Assembly (NCBI GenBank): GCA_023395435.1
Contig: JAEWZG010000061.1
Span: forward strand, 14,296-78,295
Direction: 5' to 3'
From: Bacillota bacterium
Lineage (GTDB): Bacteria > Bacillota > Clostridia > Oscillospirales > Ruminococcaceae
Length of the DNA: 64,000 nucleotides
Below the pieces are notes generated by a model. It saw only the letters and a program-made list of their open reading frames with translations, ran no database searches and was not told the origin of the DNA. Positions 1 through 9,746 of the stretch are shown here, piece after piece. Position numbers and translations under genes: made by a program. Numbering within the stretch: the stretch's first letter is position 1; every line of letters begins with the position of its first letter.

Positions 1-395
1 GTAAGTTGTGCTTTGAACGCAGTAACTTCTTTTTTTAGATTTTCTAGTTTATTCTGCTCATCAATGTATGAATCCTGAATATTTTCAAGCATTTTATCTG
101 ACTTGCCTTTTGCTTCAGCAACTATTCTCTCAGCTTCCATCTCAGCATCAACAATAATCTGACGTCCCTGCTTCTGAGCTCCAAGTATAGCAACTTTAAT
201 TGCATCCTCATCTTCACGATATTCATTTACTTTATCAACCAACTTATGAATTTTAGCTTCACTTTCATCGTATGACTTTATAATTTTAGCAACAGAGAAA
301 GCAACTTCTTTAAGGAATGTGTCAACTTCATCAATTCTGTATCCGCGTGCTGCTTTTTCAAATCTCTTTTCGCTTATTTCCTTTGGACTTATCAT
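1..395 (-). CDS. divIVA: Cell-division protein DivIVA (C-terminus cut by window edge)
   Basis: Own translation from ATG 395-393: MISPKEISEKRFEKAARGYRIDEVDTFLKEV..., the canonical DivIVA N-terminus. RBS GGGGGA lies upstream. Follows ylmH/sepF as in Firmicutes. Confidence 0.85.
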   Translation of the reverse strand, partial: MISPKEISEKRFEKAARGYRIDEVDTFLKEVAFSVAKIIKSYDESEAKIHKLVDKVNEYREDEDAIKVAILGAQKQGRQIIVDAEMEAERIVAEAKGKSDKMLENIQDSYIDEQNKLENLKKEVTAFKAQL

Positions 396-405
396 AATAA
401 TCCCC

Positions 406-1194
406 CTATACAAATTTATCTATTTCTATACAATATTTATTCTTTTTTGACATTCCATTTATAGATTTAAAAAAATATTTTCCGTATCCTCTTGCTGAAA
501 AACAATCATTTTCTTTTAGAACGTAACTTGCATTATTTATATCAACATAATTAACCTTAACACTTCCGGATTTAATAAGAACCAATGATTTTTCTCTACT
601 TAGCTTTGTAACAAGACTAATAATACAATCAAGTCTTAAAGATGATACAGTTCCGTTAATATTTTTAAAGCTATCTTTTATATTAAAATCAAAAGAGTTA
701 ATATCATCAGAAATCTTCACCCCTGCAGAACCAATTTTTCTGACATTGTTAATGACAAAACTATAAATAGATTCATTAAGAAAGATTAAACATTTATTAT
801 TATTGACAAGAATATCGCCTATCATATCTCTTCTTATCTGCAGACCCATTAATGCGCCAAGAAAATCCCTGTGAGATAATTCATCATCAGTCCTGTATAA
901 AAATAATACAGGCTTAATAGGAAAATCTGTATTATTTTCAAAATCACTATAAGGCGGAAAGACGCCAAGAATAATTCTTGCAGCATTTTCATATCCGCCA
1001 TAGAATGAATAATTATTAAAATTCATATAGGATAGTACACTTTTACAAACTTCCAACTGATGAATATCAAGAAAAGCTGAATACTTAACTGTGTATTTGT
1101 TTTTAGACAAATTAATCCAATCAAATACACGCCTTGATAATATTTTGTCATCATCTGACAGAACTTTAAAATAATCGGTATCAGTAAATAACAT
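406..1194 (-). CDS. ylmH: YlmH-like S4-domain RNA-binding protein
   Basis: 262-aa ORF between sepF and divIVA. C-terminal S4-like segment (LRLDCIISLVTKLSREKSLVLIKSGSVKVN). Confidence 0.7.
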   Translation of the reverse strand: MLFTDTDYFKVLSDDDKILSRRVFDWINLSKNKYTVKYSAFLDIHQLEVCKSVLSYMNFNNYSFYGGYENAARIILGVFPPYSDFENNTDFPIKPVLFLYRTDDELSHRDFLGALMGLQIRRDMIGDILVNNNKCLIFLNESIYSFVINNVRKIGSAGVKISDDINSFDFNIKDSFKNINGTVSSLRLDCIISLVTKLSREKSLVLIKSGSVKVNYVDINNASYVLKENDCFSARGYGKYFFKSINGMSKKNKYCIEIDKFV

Positions 1195-1604
1195 TAAAGA
1201 GTATAGCCACTGTTCTCAAGTTCACCCATAAGATCAACACCTGAGAAACCAACATTTCTTGGCATAATTGCAAATGTCTTCTGCGCCATCATTTTTATAT
1301 CAGCACCATTTGCATAAGCTACACCAGAAAGAAAGTCTAATATTCTTTTTGCATCCTCATTCTTGACTGTTTCAAGGTTGAGTAATACAGTCTTAGAAGC
1401 ATTAAGGTCATCACCAATAGATTTTACTTCTGAAAAATCAGTAGGACGAGCTAATACTATTTGAAGAGTAGTTGAAGTATTTATTTTAACTTCCCTGTTC
1501 TTCTTTTCAAATACAGGAGCTTCTTCTACCTCATCAAAATCATCATCATAATCATCTTCGTCGTTTGACATAAAGAAATTTTTAAAACTCTGAACTACAC
1601 CCAT
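1194..1604 (-). CDS. sepF: Cell-division protein SepF
   Basis: 136 aa with an acidic N-terminal linker then a conserved SepF core (VLARPTDFSEVKSIGDDL...VLLNLE...AKRILDFLSG). Synteny with ylmE/ylmH. Confidence 0.85.
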   Translation of the reverse strand: MGVVQSFKNFFMSNDEDDYDDDFDEVEEAPVFEKKNREVKINTSTTLQIVLARPTDFSEVKSIGDDLNASKTVLLNLETVKNEDAKRILDFLSGVAYANGADIKMMAQKTFAIMPRNVGFSGVDLMGELENSGYTL

Positions 1605-1618
1605 GTTAATACCTCCAA

Positions 1619-2329
1619 TTATTTTCTTTTTCCAAATAATCCAGTTCCTATTCTGACAATATTGGAACCATATTTTATAGCTAAAGGATAATCATTAGTC
1701 ATTCCCATTGAAAGAAATGTCATATCAATATTTTCTGATTTCTTGCTCCTTAGGTCAATAAAAAGCTTCTGCATTTTTTCATAAAGACTTTCAGGAGAAT
1801 TTACAGGAGGGATCGCCATCAATCCTTTTACTTTTATGTTTTGAAGCTGTGAAATTTCATCTATAAGAAAACAAACTTCACTAAACTCTACACCAGATTT
1901 TGAAATTTCATTACCAACGTTTACTTCAATAAGTATATCCATAATCAGATTATTCTGTCGTGCGTGTTTATCAATCTCACTTGCAAGCTTGAAGCTATCA
2001 ACAGATTCGATCATTGAAACATCATTTATAATGTACTTAACCTTATTTGTCTGCAAATGACCAATAAAATGAACAGCTGCTCTTTTATCGTAAAAATCCT
2101 TTTTTGACAAAAATTCCTGAACACGGTTTTCACCTAATAAATCAATTCCGTTTTCAATTGCAACGTTAATAATTTCCGGCTCTACAGTTTTTGTGACAGC
2201 CATTATCTGAATAATATCATTGTCAGAGTGATATTTAGATTTTAACTGATTAACATTATAACAAATATTGTGATAATTTTCAACTACATACAAATATTTA
2301 TTTGAATTATTGGGTTGAATTTGTTCCAA
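1619..2329 (-). CDS. ylmE: YggS/YlmE PLP-homeostasis protein
   Basis: Motifs AVTKTV, GENRVQE, HFIGHLQTNKVK, SMGMTNDY. I place the start at TTG 2329, 8 nt after GAGGAGGA, rather than the longer track ORF that overlaps the upstream gene. Confidence 0.8.
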   Translation of the reverse strand: MEQIQPNNSNKYLYVVENYHNICYNVNQLKSKYHSDNDIIQIMAVTKTVEPEIINVAIENGIDLLGENRVQEFLSKKDFYDKRAAVHFIGHLQTNKVKYIINDVSMIESVDSFKLASEIDKHARQNNLIMDILIEVNVGNEISKSGVEFSEVCFLIDEISQLQNIKVKGLMAIPPVNSPESLYEKMQKLFIDLRSKKSENIDMTFLSMGMTNDYPLAIKYGSNIVRIGTGLFGKRK

Positions 2330-3518
2330 GAGCTTTATCCTCCTCAAAAACAATCTTGTCATGTATCTGAACATACTCAGAATCTGATTTGTTCCTTGAC
2401 AAGACAAAATCATCACCTTCATAAATTATATCTAACTTTTTGAATATAATTTTTTGACCGTAAGAAACGTAAACCCCACGCTCACCAGCTTTATTAAAGT
2501 TTATTGCATTTCTCGTGATTTTTACGCCTGAATATTCATTAAAAATAATATCAATATGTCTTACTCTATCCTGAACAAGGTCATAATTAAGATAATCACA
2601 TGACATTATTATTTTATATTTTCCATTTCCTAATGAAGTCATACTTTCAACATATGCCGGTATATTTTCAGTAATACCGTTAATTTTAATATTTATTGTC
2701 TTTTTTTCTATGTAGTTATTTTCAGAACTTACAACGCCGACAATTTTCCATTTATAATCATCAATTATTTTACCAACTGAATCAGAATTTTTCTGGATAC
2801 TTGAAGATAGAATTTTCTTGATTTCTTCAGGAGTAATTGACTTTATGGTTTCAAAATTAAGCTTAGATTCAAATCCGTCAGTATAATTAACAAAGTAACC
2901 TGAATTTTTCGTAGTTATTGTTGAAATAGGTTGCCCAAGCTTTCTATTCAATTCAGTTATTCTTGAATTAATATCCTGTTGATGTTTTATAAATGAACTG
3001 CCATTTTCTGCATTAGTTGCGACAGAATATATATTCATAAGTACTAAAATTTCTTTTTTTGTACTTGCTATTTTGTCAATATCATTGTTCTCAATATAAT
3101 TCTGAAGAAGCAGATACTTTTCATCAATTTGTTTTGAAATAAATTCAGGTTGCGCAGCAGAAACCGTACCAGTATTTATTGATCTTGATATAAGGCTTAG
3201 CTCTTCCTTAAGCCTTTCGATCTCATTTAGAGATTCTACCTGAGAAGAATCGGAATAAACTTGAGCTACTACAGAATTTTTAGCAATTTTACTTCCATCT
3301 GAATTAGGATAATTAAGGACTCCTTTCCCATCAAAAGGAATGACCTTTTCATTTCTGACGCAAATACCTTCAAAACTCAATGAGTCATTAACAGTGTATA
3401 AAACTGCTTGCTCGTATTTTTCTTTATCAGAAAATACATTGTATAGCTGGCTGACAACCATTATAACAATAAAAAGTGAAATCGCAAAAGCCGTCAGCTT
3501 AATTGTCAAAGAATTCAT
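2307..3518 (-). CDS. Membrane-anchored HlyD-like (barrel-sandwich/coiled-coil) protein, function unknown
   Basis: 403 aa. N-terminal TM helix, lipoyl-like segment (GSKIAKNSVVAQVY), central coiled coil. Confidence 0.4.
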   Translation of the reverse strand: MNSLTIKLTAFAISLFIVIMVVSQLYNVFSDKEKYEQAVLYTVNDSLSFEGICVRNEKVIPFDGKGVLNYPNSDGSKIAKNSVVAQVYSDSSQVESLNEIERLKEELSLISRSINTGTVSAAQPEFISKQIDEKYLLLQNYIENNDIDKIASTKKEILVLMNIYSVATNAENGSSFIKHQQDINSRITELNRKLGQPISTITTKNSGYFVNYTDGFESKLNFETIKSITPEEIKKILSSSIQKNSDSVGKIIDDYKWKIVGVVSSENNYIEKKTINIKINGITENIPAYVESMTSLGNGKYKIIMSCDYLNYDLVQDRVRHIDIIFNEYSGVKITRNAINFNKAGERGVYVSYGQKIIFKKLDIIYEGDDFVLSRNKSDSEYVQIHDKIVFEEDKALGTNSTQ

Positions 3519-3527
3519 ATAGACCTC

Positions 3528-3767
3528 TTATATTGAATTATCGTTACTGTCAAGGATATTTATTGCTCTTGCTGGAATTATGGTAGAAATCGCATGTTTA
3601 TAAACAAGATTCTGCTTCCCTTCACAGTCGAGAATTACTGTGTAATTATCAAAACCTTTTACCATACCCTTGAACTGGAAACCATTAGTGAGATAAATCG
3701 TCACTGCAATATGGTCTTTTCTTGCCTGATTTAAGAAAACGTCCTGCAAATTCATACCTTTGGTCAT
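3528..3767 (-). CDS. hfq: RNA chaperone Hfq
   Basis: [40 protein letters not shown]...[12 protein letters not shown] 3767 lies 7 nt after AGGTGG. Confidence 0.9.
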   Translation of the reverse strand: MTKGMNLQDVFLNQARKDHIAVTIYLTNGFQFKGMVKGFDNYTVILDCEGKQNLVYKHAISTIIPARAINILDSNDNSI

Positions 3768-3802
3768 ACTGATTCCACCTTTCAAATAATAATATTATTA
3801 TA

Positions 3803-4756
3803 TCACAGTATTTGTGATAATTCTATTATTTTTACAGCTTGACTAATTATTTTTTCCTCTATAAAATTATTTTCATCAATATAAATCCAATTAATTCTGC
3901 TATCCCGTCTAAACCATGTTAACTGTCGTTTTGCATATCTCCTTGTTTGTTGTTTTAATATATTTAAACAATTTAGTAGGGTATCCTCCCCTTTAAAGTA
4001 AGGTATCAACTCCTTATACCCTATTGCCTGACAAGCAGTGCTAAGATTTCTATTTTGAAAGACCTCATTAGCTTCATCAACCAATCCCATTCCGACCATC
4101 TTGTCCACTCTAAGATTTATTCTGTCATAAAGCTTTTGCCTATCCGTACAATCAAGTCCAATAATATAAGGATTATAAGGACTTTCTTCCATTCGGCTTT
4201 TGATCTTCTTAGTACTGATTTTTTCACCGGTTAACTCATAGACCTCAATAGCACGAATTATTCTTGTAAGATTATTTTCATGTAACTGCTGAGCGGTTTC
4301 GGGATCAATTTCATAAAGCTTTTCAAGAAGATATCTATTTCCTTTTTCATTAGCTTCTTTAAATAATCTTTCTCTGATTTTTGAGTCAGAAGAAGTATCA
4401 TCAAACTTTATATTATCTATCAAGGAACTTATATATAACCCAGTTCCGCCAACAATTATTGGTATCTTACCACGTGAATTAATTTCTTCAATTTTTTCTT
4501 TAGCCAACACGACATAATTTGCCACACTAAAGCTTTCATCAGAATTTAAGTAACTAATAAGATAATGTGGAATCCCCTGCATTTCCTCGTTAGTTGGCTT
4601 TGCAGTGGCTATATCCATACCCTTATATATTTGCATTGAATCAGCTGAAATAATCTCACCATTGAATTTTTTTGCTATTTGAATTGATAACGAAGTTTTC
4701 CCCGATGCAGTTGGTCCAACAATAACTATTAAAGGTGTTTTCATCACATTCCTCAT
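3803..4756 (-). CDS. miaA: tRNA dimethylallyltransferase
   Basis: P-loop GPTASGKT, SADSMQIYKGMDIATAKP, RQLTWFR. Confidence 0.92.
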   Translation of the reverse strand: MRNVMKTPLIVIVGPTASGKTSLSIQIAKKFNGEIISADSMQIYKGMDIATAKPTNEEMQGIPHYLISYLNSDESFSVANYVVLAKEKIEEINSRGKIPIIVGGTGLYISSLIDNIKFDDTSSDSKIRERLFKEANEKGNRYLLEKLYEIDPETAQQLHENNLTRIIRAIEVYELTGEKISTKKIKSRMEESPYNPYIIGLDCTDRQKLYDRINLRVDKMVGMGLVDEANEVFQNRNLSTACQAIGYKELIPYFKGEDTLLNCLNILKQQTRRYAKRQLTWFRRDSRINWIYIDENNFIEEKIISQAVKIIELSQIL

Positions 4757-6694
4757 CTATAAAACTCTTTTAAATTGCTTTTCAATTTCTTTTTTTGTTA
4801 GTTTTATAAGTACTGGTCTTCCGTGTGGACAATACTTGATATTATTATCATTATATATCTTTTTAACAAGAGATAACAATTCAATTTTATCTGATTTATC
4901 ATTAGCTTTAATTGCCGACTTGCAGGCAATTGAATGAAAAAGCTCGTCAAATACATTGTTTGATGGATTCTTTTTCTGCTCTATCAGATTATCTGCAAGT
5001 TCCGGAATTAAATCACTTATGTCGGCATTGTTTAATACTGTCGGAATACCATCAATAATTATTTTTGAGCCATCAGCTTCTTTAAAAGAAAAGCCAAGAC
5101 AGTTTATCTTATCTTTATTTGAAATAAATGCATCAAACTCTTCATAACTTAAAAGGACCTCAACAGGCTCTAAAAGCAGCTGAGTATTAAGCATTGAATT
5201 ATCATTTTTTATTTTCTCAAAAATATATCTCTCATGAGCAGCATGCTTATCAACAAGCAACAGCTCATTATCGATCTGTGCTATAATATACGTCGAAAAA
5301 GCCTCGCCAATTATATTAATTTCAAGTTCTTTCTCCTGTTTTTGGTCAGTAACAATATAAACAGACTTCACTTTTTTCATAAAAGCATTCTGATTTATAT
5401 ATTTAAAATCAGATAAATCTTCTTTTACCACTGGTGTTTTAATGTTTTCAAAAGCGTGGTTTGATTTGACTTCATTATCTTTCGTGTTTTCGACAATACT
5501 TTGAATATGTATTGTCTTTTGATCTGATTTAATAAAACTTTTATTTGGGGGAAGATAATCTTCCTGCTTACTATTGAAATTTAGATTATTTAGATTAATT
5601 TGTAGCTGATTTGACTTTTCGTCATCAACAGGTTTTATATCATAAAGTTCTGATTTAGTAAAGTTAGGCTGGTTATTTATTTTTAATTCTGTTGGAGTAT
5701 CATTTTCAAGAAGTGCATTTTTAACTGCAAAATATACAGCATCAAATACCATTTTCTCATCAGAAAACCGCACTTCAATTTTTGCTGGGTGAACATTAAC
5801 ATCAACAATATTTGGGGCTATCTCAAGATTCAATACACAACAAGGAAATTTCCCAGTCATAATTGAATTCCTGTATGCTTCTTCTAATGATACTGTACAA
5901 GTAACAGACTTTACATATCTGTTATTTATAAAAAAGTTCTGGAAAGCACGGTTTGAACGTGAAAGCAAAGGCTTCACTGTGTATCCACTTACCTTAATGT
6001 TATTATAGTCAAAATTTACAGGTATTAGCGATTTAGCAAAATCCTTACCAAAAACACTATAAATTGCTGAATAAATCTTGCCATCACCAGGTGTTATAAG
6101 CTCCTGCTTGTTATCTCTGATAAATTTAAAAGAAATTTCAGGATGTGACAAAGCAATTTTATTAATAACAGAAGCAATAGCATTACCTTCTGAAACTGCC
6201 TTCTTTAAAAACTTCAAACGGGCCGGAACATTATAAAACAAATCACGAATTATAATTGTTGTTCCATCAGGACAGCCGCTTTTTTCAAGATGTTTTTCTT
6301 CTGAACCTTCGATAGTATAATGTGTTCCATATTCCTCTTCAAGACGTTTAGTTATTACATCAACTTTTGAAACAGCAGAAATTGACGCAAGTGCCTCGCC
6401 TCTGAATCCTAAAGTCAAAATGCTTTCAAGGTCAGCCTTTGATTTAATTTTGCTTGTTGCATGGCGCAAAAAAGCTAACGGAATATCATTTTCAAATATT
6501 CCACAGCCATTATCGGTAACTCTCATATAAGAAATGCCACCATTTTTTATTTCAACAGTAATAATACTCGCACCAGAGTCAATTGAATTCTCTACAACCT
6601 CTTTTATGACAGAACAAGGTCTTTCAATGACTTCACCAGCAGCAATAAGCTCGGATATTTCTTTAGAAAGCACATTAATCCTGTTCATAAACAT
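4757..6694 (-). CDS. mutL: DNA mismatch repair protein MutL
   Basis: GHKL ATPase N-terminus (IAAGEVIERPCSVIKEVVENSIDSGA). Sits in the mutS-mutL-miaA order. Confidence 0.92.
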   Translation of the reverse strand: MFMNRINVLSKEISELIAAGEVIERPCSVIKEVVENSIDSGASIITVEIKNGGISYMRVTDNGCGIFENDIPLAFLRHATSKIKSKADLESILTLGFRGEALASISAVSKVDVITKRLEEEYGTHYTIEGSEEKHLEKSGCPDGTTIIIRDLFYNVPARLKFLKKAVSEGNAIASVINKIALSHPEISFKFIRDNKQELITPGDGKIYSAIYSVFGKDFAKSLIPVNFDYNNIKVSGYTVKPLLSRSNRAFQNFFINNRYVKSVTCTVSLEEAYRNSIMTGKFPCCVLNLEIAPNIVDVNVHPAKIEVRFSDEKMVFDAVYFAVKNALLENDTPTELKINNQPNFTKSELYDIKPVDDEKSNQLQINLNNLNFNSKQEDYLPPNKSFIKSDQKTIHIQSIVENTKDNEVKSNHAFENIKTPVVKEDLSDFKYINQNAFMKKVKSVYIVTDQKQEKELEINIIGEAFSTYIIAQIDNELLLVDKHAAHERYIFEKIKNDNSMLNTQLLLEPVEVLLSYEEFDAFISNKDKINCLGFSFKEADGSKIIIDGIPTVLNNADISDLIPELADNLIEQKKNPSNNVFDELFHSIACKSAIKANDKSDKIELLSLVKKIYNDNNIKYCPHGRPVLIKLTKKEIEKQFKRVL

Positions 6695-6700
6695 CTACCT

Positions 6701-9310
6701 CTATATGTATTTCAATAAATCTTTTATAAAATATCTTAAATCTTCGTCATTGAGTTCGTCAATATTCGTTTTCCTCAATTTATCTGATAAAATATTCTCA
6801 CCGATTGTTTCAAAAGAAATTTGCCCTGCTGAATTTACAGAAGCAATCTTCTTTTCGTGATCAACTTCAAGGTTGCTTAAAAGTTCCCTTGCTCTTGAAA
6901 TAATCTTGTTTGGTATTCCCGCAAGCTTTGCTACTTCAATACCATAGCTGTCATCAACGCCACCGCGAACAATCTTTCTCAGGAATTTGATATCTTCGCC
7001 ACGTTTTGAAACAGCAACACTGTAATTCTTAACACCCGGCAAGTCATTTTCAAGCTCAATAAGTTCATGATAATGGGTCGCAAACAGTGTTTTGCATCCT
7101 AGTTGTTTTGATGTAGCAATATGTTCTGATACTGCTCTTGCTATGCTTATTCCATCAAAGGTAGAAGTACCTCTTCCGACTTCATCAAGAATAACAAGAC
7201 TATGCTTAGTTGCATTTTTTACTATTTCAGAAACCTCACTCATTTCAACCATAAATGTTGACTGACCAGCCGTCAAATCATCCGAAGCACCTACTCTTGT
7301 AAAAATCTGATCAACTATTGATATTTTTGCATAATCACAAGGTACAAACGAACCTATCTGTGCCATTAAAGTAATTAATGCAACCTGGCGCATGAATGTT
7401 GACTTACCTGACATATTAGGACCTGTGATAATCATCATCTTATTGTCAGTTAAATCAAGATAAGTATCATTAGGAACAAACATTTCATCCTTCTGCATAA
7501 GTTCAACAACAGGATGTCGTCCGTTTTTGATATCAATTACTCCGTCAATTGCAATTTCAGGCTTTGTGTACCCATTTTTCATCGCAGTAACAGCAAAAGA
7601 AGCAAGAACGTCAACAGTTGCTATTGCTGAGGCAGTTTCCTGCACATTGATAAGCTGAGTTGCAATAAAATCCCGAACTTCAATAAAAATATTAGATTCA
7701 AGTGAAATTATCTTATCGTTAGCCCCTAAAATTGTATTTTCAGCATTTTTAAGCTCTTCAGTAATGAATCTTTCGCAGTTTGCAAGAGTTTGTTTTCTAA
7801 TATAATTATCCGGTATAAGATCAAAATTTGATTTTGTTATCTCAATATAATAACCAAATACCCTGTTATAACCAATTTTCAGGTTCTTGATTCCTGTTAT
7901 TTCTTTTTCTCGCTGTTCAATCTCATCAATAATTCCTTTTCCACCGGAAATTATTGATCGAAGTTTGTCAAGTTCCTCATTAAAGCCGTCTTTGATTACC
8001 CCACCATCCTTAACATTTATAGGTGGTTCATCCACTATCGAATTTTCAACAAGATTTGAAATTGCATCAAGTGTATCAATATTATTGTTTAACGCAACAA
8101 GAAGTTTGGATGAAAAGCCTGAAAGAATTTCTTTTATTTGCGGTAGTTTTAACGCTGTTAATGAAAGAGATTTCAAATCACGAGGTGTTGCTGTTTTAAA
8201 CATTACCCTTGTCATTAATCTTTCAAGGTCATATACTTCCGATAAACATTCCTGAAGTTCGGATAACTCAATAGGGTTTGATAGTAACTTATCAACAGCA
8301 TCCAATCGGTCGATAATTTTTGTAGGGTTTATCAAAGGCTGTTCAATATAGGTTTTAAGAAGCCTCTTCCCCATTGAAGTTTTTGTCTGCTCAAGAACCC
8401 ACAAAAGACTACCTCTGCGTTCCTTGTTCCGCATCGTTTCAATAAGTTCAAGATTTCTCCTGGCAGTTAAGCCTAATTTCATTGCAGTTTCTGTCTTGTG
8501 AATATTAATCTTAGAAAACCTGCCTATTAGAGCTTTTTGTGTGTTGCTGAAATATGAAAATAGTGCAGTGACACTTCTAATTCCAGAACTTTCAACATCA
8601 AGCTTTAACTCATCAAAGCTTTTTACATTGAATTGCTTTAAAACAATATTTGTTTTGCTTATGAAATCATATTCAGAATCATCAATAATCTGAACGCTTG
8701 CTTTGAGCTTGTCCTTAATAAAAGCAGTACAATCCTTAAGCTTTAAGAATTCGTCATTAAAAAGAATTTCAACAGGAACAAAACGTGAAAACTCATCAAT
8801 AATATGTATCTGAAGGTTTTTTATATCATACTCAAAAAGATGCACTTCACCTGTTGAAATATCAGCAAAACAGATTGAGCATTCCTTATCATGATAATAA
8901 ATTGCACATATGTAATTATTTGAATCATCTTCAAGAAGATTAGATTCAATTATTGTTCCAGGGGTTACAATTCTTACTATTTCACGGGTTACAATACCCT
9001 TTGATAATGCTGGGTCACTTGTCTGCTCACAAATTGCAACATTATATCCTTTGTTAATAAGCTTTTTTAAATAAGCTTCACAGGCGTGATAAGGCACTCC
9101 GCACATTGGTGCTCTTTCATCAAGTCCACAATCACGACCTGTTAAAGTCAATTCAAGCTCTTTTGAAACAGTCAGTGCATCATCAAAAAACATCTCATAG
9201 AAATCCCCGAGTCGGAAGAACAATATATGATTCATATATGATTTTTTAATATCAATATATTGCTGCATCATCGGGGAAACTTTTGAAACATCTACTTCAG
9301 CTAATTTCAA
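6701..9310 (-). CDS. mutS: DNA mismatch repair protein MutS
   Basis: 869 aa. TPMMQQY, FYEMFFDDA, Walker A GPNMSGKST, STFMVEM. Confidence 0.95.
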   Translation of the reverse strand: MKLAEVDVSKVSPMMQQYIDIKKSYMNHILFFRLGDFYEMFFDDALTVSKELELTLTGRDCGLDERAPMCGVPYHACEAYLKKLINKGYNVAICEQTSDPALSKGIVTREIVRIVTPGTIIESNLLEDDSNNYICAIYYHDKECSICFADISTGEVHLFEYDIKNLQIHIIDEFSRFVPVEILFNDEFLKLKDCTAFIKDKLKASVQIIDDSEYDFISKTNIVLKQFNVKSFDELKLDVESSGIRSVTALFSYFSNTQKALIGRFSKINIHKTETAMKLGLTARRNLELIETMRNKERRGSLLWVLEQTKTSMGKRLLKTYIEQPLINPTKIIDRLDAVDKLLSNPIELSELQECLSEVYDLERLMTRVMFKTATPRDLKSLSLTALKLPQIKEILSGFSSKLLVALNNNIDTLDAISNLVENSIVDEPPINVKDGGVIKDGFNEELDKLRSIISGGKGIIDEIEQREKEITGIKNLKIGYNRVFGYYIEITKSNFDLIPDNYIRKQTLANCERFITEELKNAENTILGANDKIISLESNIFIEVRDFIATQLINVQETASAIATVDVLASFAVTAMKNGYTKPEIAIDGVIDIKNGRHPVVELMQKDEMFVPNDTYLDLTDNKMMIITGPNMSGKSTFMRQVALITLMAQIGSFVPCDYAKISIVDQIFTRVGASDDLTAGQSTFMVEMSEVSEIVKNATKHSLVILDEVGRGTSTFDGISIARAVSEHIATSKQLGCKTLFATHYHELIELENDLPGVKNYSVAVSKRGEDIKFLRKIVRGGVDDSYGIEVAKLAGIPNKIISRARELLSNLEVDHEKKIASVNSAGQISFETIGENILSDKLRKTNIDELNDEDLRYFIKDLLKYI

Positions 9311-9322
9311 GCTTATTCACTC

Positions 9323-9733
9323 CTAGTGGCAACCTGAACAAGAGCCACAGCTACCTGAACAGGATGATGATACTTCAACGGGACAAGTTAATGGATCCTC
9401 ACCGTTTGCTGACATTGTAATAACCATATTAACTTGTGAAAGAAGTGTATCCATTTCATTCTTTGCTTCATTGAATTTACTCATATTATCATTTGCCATA
9501 ATATTTCCATAAAGAGATTTAATTTCAGAATCAAGCTCGTTTAACTTTTCCTGATCTTTTTCAGCTTTTGACATTTCAGTATTAAGCTGAACTCTCTTCA
9601 TGTTAAACTCCTGAATCATATTCTGAAGTTCTTCATCATTATCATTACTCGTCTTAGCCAGCTGATATTTTGCATATCTTTCATCAGCCTGAAGCGCTAC
9701 ACCAAGTTCTCTTGCCTTATCAATTACGTTCAT
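9323..9733 (-). CDS. YlbF/YmcA-family regulatory protein with Cys-rich C-terminal tail
   Basis: Helical YlbF-like body. Tail CPVEVSSSCSGSCGSCSGCH. ATG 9733 preceded by AAAGGGGA. Confidence 0.6.
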   Translation of the reverse strand: MNVIDKARELGVALQADERYAKYQLAKTSNDNDEELQNMIQEFNMKRVQLNTEMSKAEKDQEKLNELDSEIKSLYGNIMANDNMSKFNEAKNEMDTLLSQVNMVITMSANGEDPLTCPVEVSSSCSGSCGSCSGCH

Positions 9734-9746
9734 TTTTATTCCCCTT

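Noticed and set aside
7887-8255. Antisense or alternative-frame ORFs of 60-155 aa inside well-supported genes. Examples are 7887-8255 in mutS, 26867-27334 in spoIIIAE, 44111-44476 in the lipoprotein gene, 57407-57742 in the orphan toxin and 15639-15926 in recN.
   Set aside because: They lie wholly within longer ORFs that carry clear family motifs. They have low-complexity Ser/Ile/Phe/Leu-rich translations typical of shadow frames in AT-rich DNA, and they lack an RBS.
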